Of a DNA stretch of 32,000 nucleotides, positions 7,479-14,936 are shown piece after piece. A model generated the notes under the pieces. That model ran no database searches. It worked only from the letters and a program-made list of their open reading frames with translations, and was not told the origin of the DNA. The DNA is from an uncultured Gammaproteobacteria bacterium (GTDB taxonomy: Bacteria > Patescibacteriota > Microgenomatia > Daviesbacterales > UBA10151), in assembly GCA_964360965.1 (NCBI GenBank), contig CAYHYM010000001.1, positions 1 through 32,000 of the forward strand, in the 5' to 3' direction. Positions within the stretch are counted from its first letter, which is position 1, and each line of letters opens with the position of its first letter. The position numbers were made by a program, and so were the translations under genes.

Positions 7479-9617
7479 ATGGAACTTAATACCCCTTTAT
7501 ACACTCTGACAGGGATAGGCTCTTCTCTAACACTCAAACTAAGCAGATTAAACCTTAATACAGTTTGGGATCTCATTTATCATTTCCCCTTCAGATATGA
7601 TGATTTTCCCAATACCTCTTCTATAAAAGATGCACAGATTGGACAAATTGTAACTTTGCAGGGGGAGATTTGGTCAATTGCAAATATTTATACTAAGTTC
7701 GGCAAAGTGTTAACCCAGGCCATTTTTAATGACGGGACTTCTCCCTTAACCCTGACCTGGTTTAATCAGCCCTATCTTACCAAACAACTCAAAACAGGGG
7801 ACAGGTTACAAATTTCCGGAAAATTAACAAAATACAAAAACAAACTAACTATTATTGTCCCAAAATGGGAAAGAACCCTGGGCTATGGGTTATCCACATC
7901 GGATGTGTCAAGTTCTATCCATACTGGGAGGCTGGTGCCGGTTTATCCAGAAACAGCAGGTTTAACCTCTAAGTGGATTAGAACTAAAATAGCTACCCTT
8001 TTACCACAAGTGTTAAATAAAATAGAAGATTCACTGCCTTCATCAATCAGAGATGGCATGTTACCTTTACATGAGGCCATCTCGTACATCCATTTGCCAG
8101 ATTCCATGAATGATGTGGAAAAAGCCAGGGAAAGGTTGGGTTTTGATGAGCTGTTTTATGTTTCTTTGGCAACTCAAAAAGCCAGGCTGGAGTGGAACAG
8201 GAAGCCTTTGGTTAAACCACTGACAGTCGCCGAAAATGATTTAAAGTCTTTTATAAAATCTTTGCCATTTAATCTGACCGGCGCACAAGAAAAAGTTTTA
8301 AAAGAAATAGTTTCTGATCTAAAGAACATCCAACCCATGAATAGACTGTTGCAAGGTGAGGTCGGATCTGGAAAAACAGTGGTGACAACCGTTGCTGCTT
8401 ATCTAGTTTACAAAAATAATCTTAGAACACTTTTAATGGCCCCCACGGAGATTTTGGCTTTCCAACATTTTGAGACTGTGTCTGGACTGTTGGAACCTTT
8501 TGGCATCAGGGTTGGCATTTATACTGGCAGTAGAAAATTTACCAAACACTCACCTGGAAGGTGGCCCGCTTCGCCCGCCTTTGGCCCAGCCTCGACTCGT
8601 CTCGGCGAGGCGGGCGTGGCTTCGCAGCGAGGCGAGCCGAATGGACTCCTGGAAAGTGAATCAGATGTTATCATCGGCACTCATGCCCTTCTTTCCCAAA
8701 AACTTAATACCCAAGATGTTGGGCTTATCATAATAGATGAACAACAACGTTTTGGGGTGGAGCAAAGGACAATCCTTCGAAACCGCGCCAAACTACCTCA
8801 TTTTTTGACTATGACCGCAACACCCATCCCCAGAACCGTAGCCCTAACTTTATATGGTGACTTGGATTTATCAATCATTGATGAGATGCCAAAAGGCAGA
8901 CCTCAAATAAAAACTTTTCTGGTCCCGGAGAAAAAAAGAGCGGACGGATACAAATTTATAGAAAAAAAGATCAAGATGGGTGATCAGGCCTACATCATCA
9001 CTCCTTTGATTGAGCCGTCGGAGACACTGACCACAGTAAAGGCAGCCAAGATAGAATTCGTGCGGCTAAAAAAGATTTTTCCTACTCTTACTTTGGGCCT
9101 TTTACATGGCAGGATGAAAGCCAAAGATAAAGAACAAGTTCTTAAAGACTTCCGATCTGGCCACATCCACATTTTAGTGTCCACCTCAGTTGTTGAGGTT
9201 GGCATGGATATCCCCAATGCCACCATTATGGTAATTGAAGGCGCTGAAAGATTTGGTTTGGCTCAACTTCATCAATTAAGAGGCAGAATTGGTAGAGGCA
9301 CAAAAACCTCTTACTGCCTAGTCTACACATCCGGGGTGTCAACTGATGATAGGCGGCGGCTAAAATATTTGGAAACCACCTTTGATGGGCTGAAATTGGC
9401 TGAGCTAGACTTAAAAATTCGCGGCTCCGGGGAAATTTTTGGCACCAGACAATCCGGCAGGTTTGAATTCAAAATTGCCTCTTTATCCAATTTGATAATG
9501 GTAGAAAAAACCAAAGCTGCTGCCCAAAAGTTACTTTCAGACAATCCTTCTCTTGACAAACATCCGCAAATAAAGAGAAAATTGGAACAACTTGCGTCAA
9601 ATGTGATGCCGGATTGA
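7479..9617 (+). CDS. recG: ATP-dependent DNA helicase RecG, carrying a GC-rich in-frame insertion
   Basis: N-terminal wedge/OB region, Walker A GEVGSGKT, PTEILAFQH, IIDEQQRFG, MTATPIPRT and QLHQLRGRIGRG. Length is 712 aa. Confidence 0.9.
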   Translation: MELNTPLYTLTGIGSSLTLKLSRLNLNTVWDLIYHFPFRYDDFPNTSSIKDAQIGQIVTLQGEIWSIANIYTKFGKVLTQAIFNDGTSPLTLTWFNQPYLTKQLKTGDRLQISGKLTKYKNKLTIIVPKWERTLGYGLSTSDVSSSIHTGRLVPVYPETAGLTSKWIRTKIATLLPQVLNKIEDSLPSSIRDGMLPLHEAISYIHLPDSMNDVEKARERLGFDELFYVSLATQKARLEWNRKPLVKPLTVAENDLKSFIKSLPFNLTGAQEKVLKEIVSDLKNIQPMNRLLQGEVGSGKTVVTTVAAYLVYKNNLRTLLMAPTEILAFQHFETVSGLLEPFGIRVGIYTGSRKFTKHSPGRWPASPAFGPASTRLGEAGVASQRGEPNGLLESESDVIIGTHALLSQKLNTQDVGLIIIDEQQRFGVEQRTILRNRAKLPHFLTMTATPIPRTVALTLYGDLDLSIIDEMPKGRPQIKTFLVPEKKRADGYKFIEKKIKMGDQAYIITPLIEPSETLTTVKAAKIEFVRLKKIFPTLTLGLLHGRMKAKDKEQVLKDFRSGHIHILVSTSVVEVGMDIPNATIMVIEGAERFGLAQLHQLRGRIGRGTKTSYCLVYTSGVSTDDRRRLKYLETTFDGLKLAELDLKIRGSGEIFGTRQSGRFEFKIASLSNLIMVEKTKAAAQKLLSDNPSLDKHPQIKRKLEQLASNVMPD
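8555..8650 (+). repeat. GC-rich palindromic element (family 1) inserted in frame in recG
   Basis: 60 of the 80 nt at 8561-8640 are G/C, against an AT-rich background. A 9-bp inverted repeat CGCCCGCCT (8572-8580) / AGGCGGGCG (8608-8616) is present. The ends CCCGCTTCG (8565-8573) and AGCGAGGCGAG (8626-8636) recur at 20194-20220. Confidence 0.75.
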
Positions 9618-9652
9618 CGCTTTGCGTCATCCCGCACTTGACAAAGGAAGCT

Positions 9653-9853
9653 ATGCCTGGAGAACCAAAAAAAAGACATTCAAAGAGTCGAAAGAGAATA
9701 AGAAGGGCTGCCATAAAACTGGTGGCAGCTTCTTTAATCGTCTGTAAAAATTGCGGCCAAAAAAGTCTGCCTCACATGGTTTGTAAAGAATGTGGATTTT
9801 ATGGTGGGAAAGCTGTTATCAAAAAAAAGATATCCGTCACTAAAGTAAAGTAA
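9653..9853 (+). CDS. rpmF: 50S ribosomal protein L32
   Basis: MPGEPKKRHSKSRKRIRRA...CKNCGQKSLPHMVCKECGFYGGK is the L32 N-terminal basic motif plus a Cys4 knuckle. AAGGAAG precedes the ATG at 9653. The TTG at 9614 in the track adds non-homologous residues. Confidence 0.85.
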   Translation: MPGEPKKRHSKSRKRIRRAAIKLVAASLIVCKNCGQKSLPHMVCKECGFYGGKAVIKKKISVTKVK

Positions 9854-10218
9854 TGAAGACAGCCAGGGATCCCAGACATCTAAAACGCATCCATCTGATA
9901 AAACAACTTTTTTCCTGGGATTTTAACCAACAGGGGGAAGCTGGAGGACAAATTAAAGATATTACCAGACACTTAAAAAAAATAGACCACCTCATTTTGG
10001 AATCAGCCCCTCAAAGACCGCTAAAACAGATCAATAAAATAGATCTGGCTATCTTGCGTCTGGCTATTTTTGAGTTAATAATTAAAAAAAATACCCCCAT
10101 AAAAGTGGTGGTGGATGAAGCGGTTGAACTGGGAAAACAATTTGGATCAGCTGCCTCCAGCTCATTTGTCAACGGGGTATTGGGAACTTTAATAGAAAAG
10201 GAAGACATAAAAACTTGA
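9853..10218 (+). CDS. nusB: Transcription antitermination factor NusB-like
   Basis: DLAILRLAIFELI...PIKVVVDEAVELGKQFGSAASSSFVNGVLGTL is the NusB C-terminal signature. Its ATG overlaps the rpmF stop (TAATG). Confidence 0.75.
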   Translation: MKTARDPRHLKRIHLIKQLFSWDFNQQGEAGGQIKDITRHLKKIDHLILESAPQRPLKQINKIDLAILRLAIFELIIKKNTPIKVVVDEAVELGKQFGSAASSSFVNGVLGTLIEKEDIKT

Positions 10219-10454
10219 ATCAAATAAACGAGGCTGAAATTATTAAAACTATAGCCGATCATCTGGGTGTGTCTTGGGAAGACATCAGCCGCAGCACCAA
10301 TCTTTCGGATGATCTAACCTTGGGACAAATAGAGCTAAATGATCTACTACTGGCTCTTTCTCAAAAATTTAACGTGGAATTTGATCCGCAAGATCTGGAA
10401 GATTTGCAGACTGTTGATGACCTGATAGTTTTGGTGGAGGATAACTTATTGTGA
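10215..10454 (+). CDS. Acyl-carrier-protein-fold protein lacking the phosphopantetheine-attachment serine
   Basis: It aligns along its length with E. coli ACP (LGV...DL....EL..AL...F..E........TV). The DSL motif is replaced by GQI, with Gln38 at 10326-10328. TTG start overlaps the nusB stop. Confidence 0.6.
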   Translation: MNQINEAEIIKTIADHLGVSWEDISRSTNLSDDLTLGQIELNDLLLALSQKFNVEFDPQDLEDLQTVDDLIVLVEDNLL

Positions 10455-11134
10455 GAAATAACAATCTGCAAAATCTGCAACAACTTTTGGGAATAAATTT
10501 TAAAAATTTATATCTTTTACAAACAGCCTTTATTCACCGCTCATTCCTCAATGAAGTTAAGAGTAATCTTTCATCAAATGAAAGAATGGAATTTTTGGGG
10601 GATGCGGTGTTATCTTTTATCATCTCATCCTATCTTTTTAAAATAAGACCCAAGGATACCGAAGGGGATTTAACAAATCTCCGCTCTTTTATTGTCAAAA
10701 CAGACTCCCTGGCCAAAGCAGCCAGTAAGCTAAACTTGGGAGAGTACCTTAAATTGTCAAAAGGAGAGGAGTCCTCAGGAGGAAGAGCAAGTATTCAACT
10801 TTTGGCCAATACTTATGAGGCCCTGCTGGGAGCAGTTTATTTGGATGGGGGCCTGGAGATGGCCCAAAAAATGGTGGAAAGAACACTGCTGCCAAATTTT
10901 AGGGATGAGCTCAAAATTGGCCCGCCCAAAGATGCCAAATCTGCCCTGCAGGAGATAACCCAGGAGCGTTTTAAAAAATCACCATACTATAAAATTTTAA
11001 AAACTTCCGGCCCTGACCATGCCAAAACTTTTATGGTGGGAGTTTATATTAATGGAAAAATGATGGGGCAGGGCCAGGGAACCTCCAAACAAGAGGGGGA
11101 GGATAAAGCAGCCCAGAAAGCTTTAAAAAATTAG
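10451..11134 (+). CDS. rnc: Ribonuclease III
   Basis: Signature ERMEFLGDAVL, then YEALLGAVYLDGG, then a C-terminal dsRBD (PKDAKSALQE...GPDHAKTF...GQGTSKQEGEDKAAQKAL). GTG start overlaps the upstream stop. Confidence 0.9.
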   Translation: MRNNNLQNLQQLLGINFKNLYLLQTAFIHRSFLNEVKSNLSSNERMEFLGDAVLSFIISSYLFKIRPKDTEGDLTNLRSFIVKTDSLAKAASKLNLGEYLKLSKGEESSGGRASIQLLANTYEALLGAVYLDGGLEMAQKMVERTLLPNFRDELKIGPPKDAKSALQEITQERFKKSPYYKILKTSGPDHAKTFMVGVYINGKMMGQGQGTSKQEGEDKAAQKALKN

Positions 11135-11152
11135 CTAAATAAATTTCCACCG

Positions 11153-11181
11153 TTGACGCATGAGTAACTTTCAGATATACT
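11153..11181 (+). promoter_or_regulatory. Near-consensus sigma70 promoter for rpsP with leaderless geometry
   Basis: TTGACG (11153-11158), 17 nt, TATACT (11176-11181), 7 nt, ATG (11189). No SD. Confidence 0.6.
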
Positions 11182-11188
11182 TAATCTC

Positions 11189-11611
11189 ATGCTTAAGATA
11201 AGACTAATGAGGATTGGAGCCAAAAAAAGGCCATTTTATAGGATAGTGGTGGTTGATTCACGGGCCAAAAGGACTGGGGGGTATATTGAGCTTTTGGGAA
11301 CTTATAATCCATTAACCGAACCCAAAGAGATCAAATTAAAACAGGATCGGATTAACCATTGGCTAAAGCAAGGAGCCCAACCCTCAGATGGATTTTTAAG
11401 AATAACCGGTAAAGCACCTCAAAGACCTCCCAGAAAGCCTAAGAAGGAGAAAAAAGAAGAGTCTTCGGCTGTCAGTCCTCAGCCATCAGATAAAACAAAG
11501 GAAAAGCCACAAGATTCGGAAGAGACGGCGAAGTCAAGTGAGTCAGAAGCAACTGGTGAAGTTGAGAGTGCTCCTGAGACAAAGGAAAAAGACAATGAAA
11601 GACCTTCTTAA
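11189..11611 (+). CDS. rpsP: 30S ribosomal protein S16 with a ~60-aa Lys/Glu/Ser-rich C-terminal extension
   Basis: [41 protein letters not shown] is the canonical S16 N-terminus. The tail is [13 protein letters not shown]...[11 protein letters not shown]. Confidence 0.9.
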   Translation: MLKIRLMRIGAKKRPFYRIVVVDSRAKRTGGYIELLGTYNPLTEPKEIKLKQDRINHWLKQGAQPSDGFLRITGKAPQRPPRKPKKEKKEESSAVSPQPSDKTKEKPQDSEETAKSSESEATGEVESAPETKEKDNERPS

Positions 11612-11888
11612 TTATATTATTACCAATCTTGTTTCCAAACCTGAAGCTGTTGCTATTGAGGAACAAAAGGATAATGGCCAGGTTAATTTAAACCTATCAG
11701 TTGACCCCTCTGATATGGGCATGGTGATTGGCAAAGGGGGACAGACTATCAGGGCCATCCGCAAACTTTTGGCTGTCAGGGCCATAGCGGAAAATGTCAT
11801 GGTAAATCTAAAATTAAATGAGCCTGTAGGAGCCCCACAAGAGATTGCCACCCTTCGAACCGCTCAGGGTAAACTGTCCTCGCAATGA
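11595..11888 (+). CDS. KH-domain RNA-binding protein (YlqC/UPF0109-like)
   Basis: [23 protein letters not shown]...[19 protein letters not shown] contains the GxxG KH loop. The position after rpsP matches rpsP-ylqC synteny. The ATG at 11595 is preferred over the track GTG at 11538, which lies inside rpsP. The C-terminal tail [13 protein letters not shown] is encoded by a family-2 GC-rich motif. Confidence 0.75.
   Translation: MKDLLNYIITNLVSKPEAVAIEEQKDNGQVNLNLSVDPSDMGMVIGKGGQTIRAIRKLLAVRAIAENVMVNLKLNEPVGAPQEIATLRTAQGKLSSQ
11853..11869 (+). repeat. Family-2 GC-rich motif copy, CTTCGAACCGCTCAGGG
   Basis: It matches CTTCGACTC...CGCTCAG at 22069-22092 and the reverse complements of 22126-22141 and 31464-31481. 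Confidence 0.6.
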
Positions 11889-11892
11889 CGTC

Positions 11893-12612
11893 ATGAAAAT
11901 TTCCATCATCACCCTTTTTTCAGAAGTTTTTGAGCCCATTTTAAACTCTTCCATTTTAAAACGAGCACAAAAAAAGGGCTTGGTGGAATTTGAACTTATT
12001 AACCTCCGTGACTTTGGAGAAGGAAAACACAAAGTGGTTGATGATCGACCATATGGTGGAGGAGCGGGCATGGTACTCAGAACTGACATTTTGGCTAAAG
12101 CTGTAAAATCGTTAGATCGTTTTGTCATTCATTCGTCAAACGAAAATGCGAAAAAGCGATATAAACGACAATTAATTTTAACTTCAGCATCAGGTAAACC
12201 TTATAAGCAGGAAATAGCCAGGAAACTTTCTCAACTCGATCATCTAATCATAGTCTGTGGCCATTATGAAGGAGTGGACCAAAGATTTATAGAAAAGTAC
12301 GTTGATAGGGAAATAAGTATCGGGGATTATATTTTAACAGGAGGTGAGATTCCCGCCATGGTCATTGTGGATTCCATAGTCAGACTGATCCCGGGAGTCC
12401 TGGAAAAGAAAGAAGCAACAGTTAATGAATCCTTTACAGAAAATATTCTAGAAGGACCCCAATATACAAGACCAGAAGAGTTTGAAGGATCAAAAGTCCC
12501 CAAAATCCTCCTTTCCGGGAATCATCAAGAAATAAAAAAATGGAGACAAGAACAAGCTATTAAAAAAACCAAAAAAATAAGACCGGATTTATTACGAGAT
12601 AAAAGTTCGTAG
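11893..12612 (+). CDS. trmD: tRNA (guanine37-N1)-methyltransferase TrmD
   Basis: MKISIITLFSEVFEP...DDRPYGGGAGMVL...IVCGHYEGVDQRF...GDYILTGGEIPAMVIVDSIVRLIPGVL. The ATG at 11893 matches the TrmD N-terminus; the TTG at 11845 in the track does not. Confidence 0.9.
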   Translation: MKISIITLFSEVFEPILNSSILKRAQKKGLVEFELINLRDFGEGKHKVVDDRPYGGGAGMVLRTDILAKAVKSLDRFVIHSSNENAKKRYKRQLILTSASGKPYKQEIARKLSQLDHLIIVCGHYEGVDQRFIEKYVDREISIGDYILTGGEIPAMVIVDSIVRLIPGVLEKKEATVNESFTENILEGPQYTRPEEFEGSKVPKILLSGNHQEIKKWRQEQAIKKTKKIRPDLLRDKSS

Positions 12613-12620
12613 TGGACGAT

Positions 12621-13319
12621 TTACTCAAATGGATTAACTTTGCCTTTGGAGACAAAAGATGGTTGAGCGGCCACTGCCTGAGATGGAAAATTTACTTCCA
12701 AGTTGGTCAGAAACTCTTCATCTTTTTCTGTTAATTTTGGCAAAGGAGCATCCAGATCCCCCAAAGATGAAGGCAGTGGGGCATAAAAAATATCCACACT
12801 CAAGGATACTTGAGACACCCCGGAGGCCCTGGCAGTGGTGATCTCAATCCCGGAAACCTTCATCACACGGACAGAATCCTCAATACCTGATAAAAGTTGA
12901 GGCATCAGCGCGGATGGCCCTGACAGCTCCAGTTTGGTGGTAAAATCAGGCACTGCCTGAGCTGTCTGGGGCAATATTGCTACTTGAAAAGAAACCAGCG
13001 TAAAACCGTTTTTTAAAACAATATTCTGCAGCGCGCCAATGATTTGCGGCAGTTCTTTATCAACAGGCAGTGACAATAGAGATAAACTTACTTTTTTGGA
13101 CAGCTCATCTTGGTCAAAACCTGAAAGATCTTGCGCCTTAACTTCCAAAAGGTAAGATCCTTGGGAAAGATTGAGAATTGTTTTATTATCCAAAAGATAG
13201 TTTTTAATTTGAGGGAAGATTACAAAAACTATCAAAATTACAGAAGAGAAAGCCACCAGCAGGGGGAAAACTATCAGTTTATATTTTTGATAAAAATTTA
13301 TTAAGGGCAAAATATTCAT
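12621..13319 (-). CDS. pilO: PilO-like type IV pilus alignment protein
   Basis: It sits directly after pilM-pilN. It has one N-terminal TM segment (LIVFPLLVAFSSVILIVFVIF) and is 232 aa long. It ends in KGKVNPFE. The call rests on context and architecture only. Confidence 0.55.
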   Translation of the reverse strand: MNILPLINFYQKYKLIVFPLLVAFSSVILIVFVIFPQIKNYLLDNKTILNLSQGSYLLEVKAQDLSGFDQDELSKKVSLSLLSLPVDKELPQIIGALQNIVLKNGFTLVSFQVAILPQTAQAVPDFTTKLELSGPSALMPQLLSGIEDSVRVMKVSGIEITTARASGVSQVSLSVDIFYAPLPSSLGDLDAPLPKLTEKDEEFLTNLEVNFPSQAVAAQPSFVSKGKVNPFE

Positions 13320-13321
13320 TT

Positions 13322-13861
13322 TTATTTAATTTTTAAGTTTGTCCTATATACTCCGTCCCTGCCCCGGGACAGGTTTTCTATATCAACAGCCCCAATTTTA
13401 CCTTCGTTTATCTGCGGGTCTACCAGATCTCTCAAAAATAAATCCAGGGATAAATAATCAGCAGTGATGGCGGATAAATTGACATTACCGGCCCGATCAG
13501 CCCCAAAAGAATTAACAATAATGGAGGGGGGGATAATGGCGGATATTAAATTAAAAAGCTGGGACTGTTTGGAAGGGTTAGATTTAATCTGTCTAATATT
13601 TGTAACCCTTGATTTTAAAACTTGCAGTTTTGCCTCCTGATCTTTAAGCTCAGACACTTTCCCTTGAGCTTGTTCAAATTTTTCCCTCGCCAGCGTCAGA
13701 TTTTGGCTTTGCAGAATCCTTAAAGCAAAAACTGTGGATGACAAAAAAGTTAAAATCACCATGACTGCAATAGACAAAACGCGGATTTTGTAAAACTTTT
13801 GTCCTTGTTTTTGAGCAAGGTTCACCTCCGGGGGTAATAAATTAATAGTGATTTTTTCCAT
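13322..13861 (-). CDS. pilN: PilN (fimbrial assembly protein)
   Basis: N-terminal INLLPPE motif (the PilM-binding INLLP), one TM segment, then a coiled-coil region. Confidence 0.8.
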   Translation of the reverse strand: MEKITINLLPPEVNLAQKQGQKFYKIRVLSIAVMVILTFLSSTVFALRILQSQNLTLAREKFEQAQGKVSELKDQEAKLQVLKSRVTNIRQIKSNPSKQSQLFNLISAIIPPSIIVNSFGADRAGNVNLSAITADYLSLDLFLRDLVDPQINEGKIGAVDIENLSRGRDGVYRTNLKIK

Positions 13862-14899
13862 TTATTCCTCTCTCAGCGCCAAACCAACTGCCACAGAGTA
13901 GAGCGGAGCCTCCTGGGACAGTTTAGAAACTAAAGATTTATCCTTTTGGATTAAATACCAGGGATCTGCCTCCTGCACCTCCAGCCCCAGACTGTGGGCC
14001 AGGTAAATTACCAGTCCCGGCATTTTGGCTCCTCCTCCTGAGAGCACCACTCTTTTGAGCCTGTTTTGGGGATGTTTGACCTCATAAGATTGAATTACTC
14101 TTTTGATCTCCTCCAAAATTACATCCACCACAGGTTTTAAGGCTGCAAAAACCTTACCTTCCAACTGATCCTCAACCAGTCCGTAAACCTTTTTATATTC
14201 TTCTGCTTGCAAGAGCTCAAAATTAAAATTTTTGGAAAGGGAACGGGTCAGGGCCAATCCGCCTGTAGAGATGGAACGGGTCAGCAGGATCAGCCCTTTT
14301 GATATAGCAACCAAATCAGTGGTGGTGGCGCCCATTTGAATAATTAAAGTATTAGGGGAAAAGGGATTATTGCCAACCAGGGAGCGGGCTGCCGCAATTA
14401 CCTCTGTTTCCAAAACTCTGGGAGTAAGTCCTGCCATATTAAGAACTTTAATATATTTTTGGATGACATTTTTGGGTGAGGCCACCACAAAAACGACAGT
14501 TCTCCCTTTTTTATCTTTCTCATCTGCTCGGGAGAGCATCTGCCAGTATAAATTAACCTCTGATGAGGGCATGGGAATAAATTCCTCCGAAGCAAAGCGG
14601 ATGGCAGAAGACAGTTCAGAATCGGAAAGATAGGGCAAATCATCTATCACTCTGGTAAAAACCCGCGACTCAGGAAGTGCTGCTACCACTTCTCTTTCTT
14701 CAATTCTGGCAGCCTCCATCAGCTTTTTAATAGCCACAGCCACTTGCTCAAGCTCTATATCAGAATCAGACAGCATGCCGGGCGAAGGCGCAGGAATTGC
14801 CCCCAAAGACACCAACCTAAACTGGTTATCTTTCTTGGATAAAACCACCACTTTAACTGAAGAGAACCCAATATCCAGTCCTACAGAAATTTTGGCCAT
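13862..14899 (-). CDS. pilM: PilM (actin-like ATPase-fold pilus assembly protein)
   Basis: ISVGLDIGFSSVKVVVL phosphate-1-like motif, GATTTDL and LSGGGAKMPGL. The ATG at 14899 is preferred. The track TTG at 14920 lies inside the heptamer repeat. Confidence 0.85.
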   Translation of the reverse strand: MAKISVGLDIGFSSVKVVVLSKKDNQFRLVSLGAIPAPSPGMLSDSDIELEQVAVAIKKLMEAARIEEREVVAALPESRVFTRVIDDLPYLSDSELSSAIRFASEEFIPMPSSEVNLYWQMLSRADEKDKKGRTVVFVVASPKNVIQKYIKVLNMAGLTPRVLETEVIAAARSLVGNNPFSPNTLIIQMGATTTDLVAISKGLILLTRSISTGGLALTRSLSKNFNFELLQAEEYKKVYGLVEDQLEGKVFAALKPVVDVILEEIKRVIQSYEVKHPQNRLKRVVLSGGGAKMPGLVIYLAHSLGLEVQEADPWYLIQKDKSLVSKLSQEAPLYSVAVGLALREE

Positions 14900-14904
14900 A
14901 TCTT

Positions 14905-14936
14905 CATTGTCAATTGTCAATTGTCAATTGTCAATT
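14905..14936. repeat. Tandem heptamer CAATTGT (three perfect plus two partial units)
   Basis: cattgt caattgt caattgt caattgt caatt. It fills the 35-nt gap between the stop of the 600-aa gene and the pilM ATG. On the minus strand it reads as four TTGACA hexamers at 7-nt spacing. Confidence 0.9.

Noticed and set aside
8555-8650. The recG insertion as an intein or intron
   Set aside because: It is only about 30 aa long and lacks the intein splice-junction residues and endonuclease blocks. It also lacks group I or II intron size and structure. A short palindromic repeat element explains it better.
8470-8733. 87-aa alternative-frame ORF inside recG
   Set aside because: It is opened only by the stop-poor GC-rich inserted element. 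The recG frame is continuous and conserved on both sides.
9615-9629. Hairpin TGACGC-TTT-GCGTCA at the recG stop as a terminator
   Set aside because: It has a 6-bp stem and a 3-nt loop with no following T-tract, and rpmF starts 24 nt later. That is too weak to call.
9614-11892. Extended alternative starts given by the track: rpmF TTG 9614, KH protein GTG 11538, trmD TTG 11845
   Set aside because: The extensions overlap upstream genes or repeat elements and add residues absent from the conserved N-termini. Internal ATGs at 9653, 11595 and 11893 reproduce the canonical N-termini.
12613-12620. Expected pilP/pilQ secretin genes or a terminator after pilO
   Set aside because: pilO is followed after 8 nt by the convergent trmD stop. 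There is no room for a secretin gene or a hairpin, so the secretin is absent from this locus.
14905-14936. CRISPR array
   Set aside because: The unit is 7 nt with no spacers. The repeated pilin 5' segments are gene paralogy. No cas genes are present.
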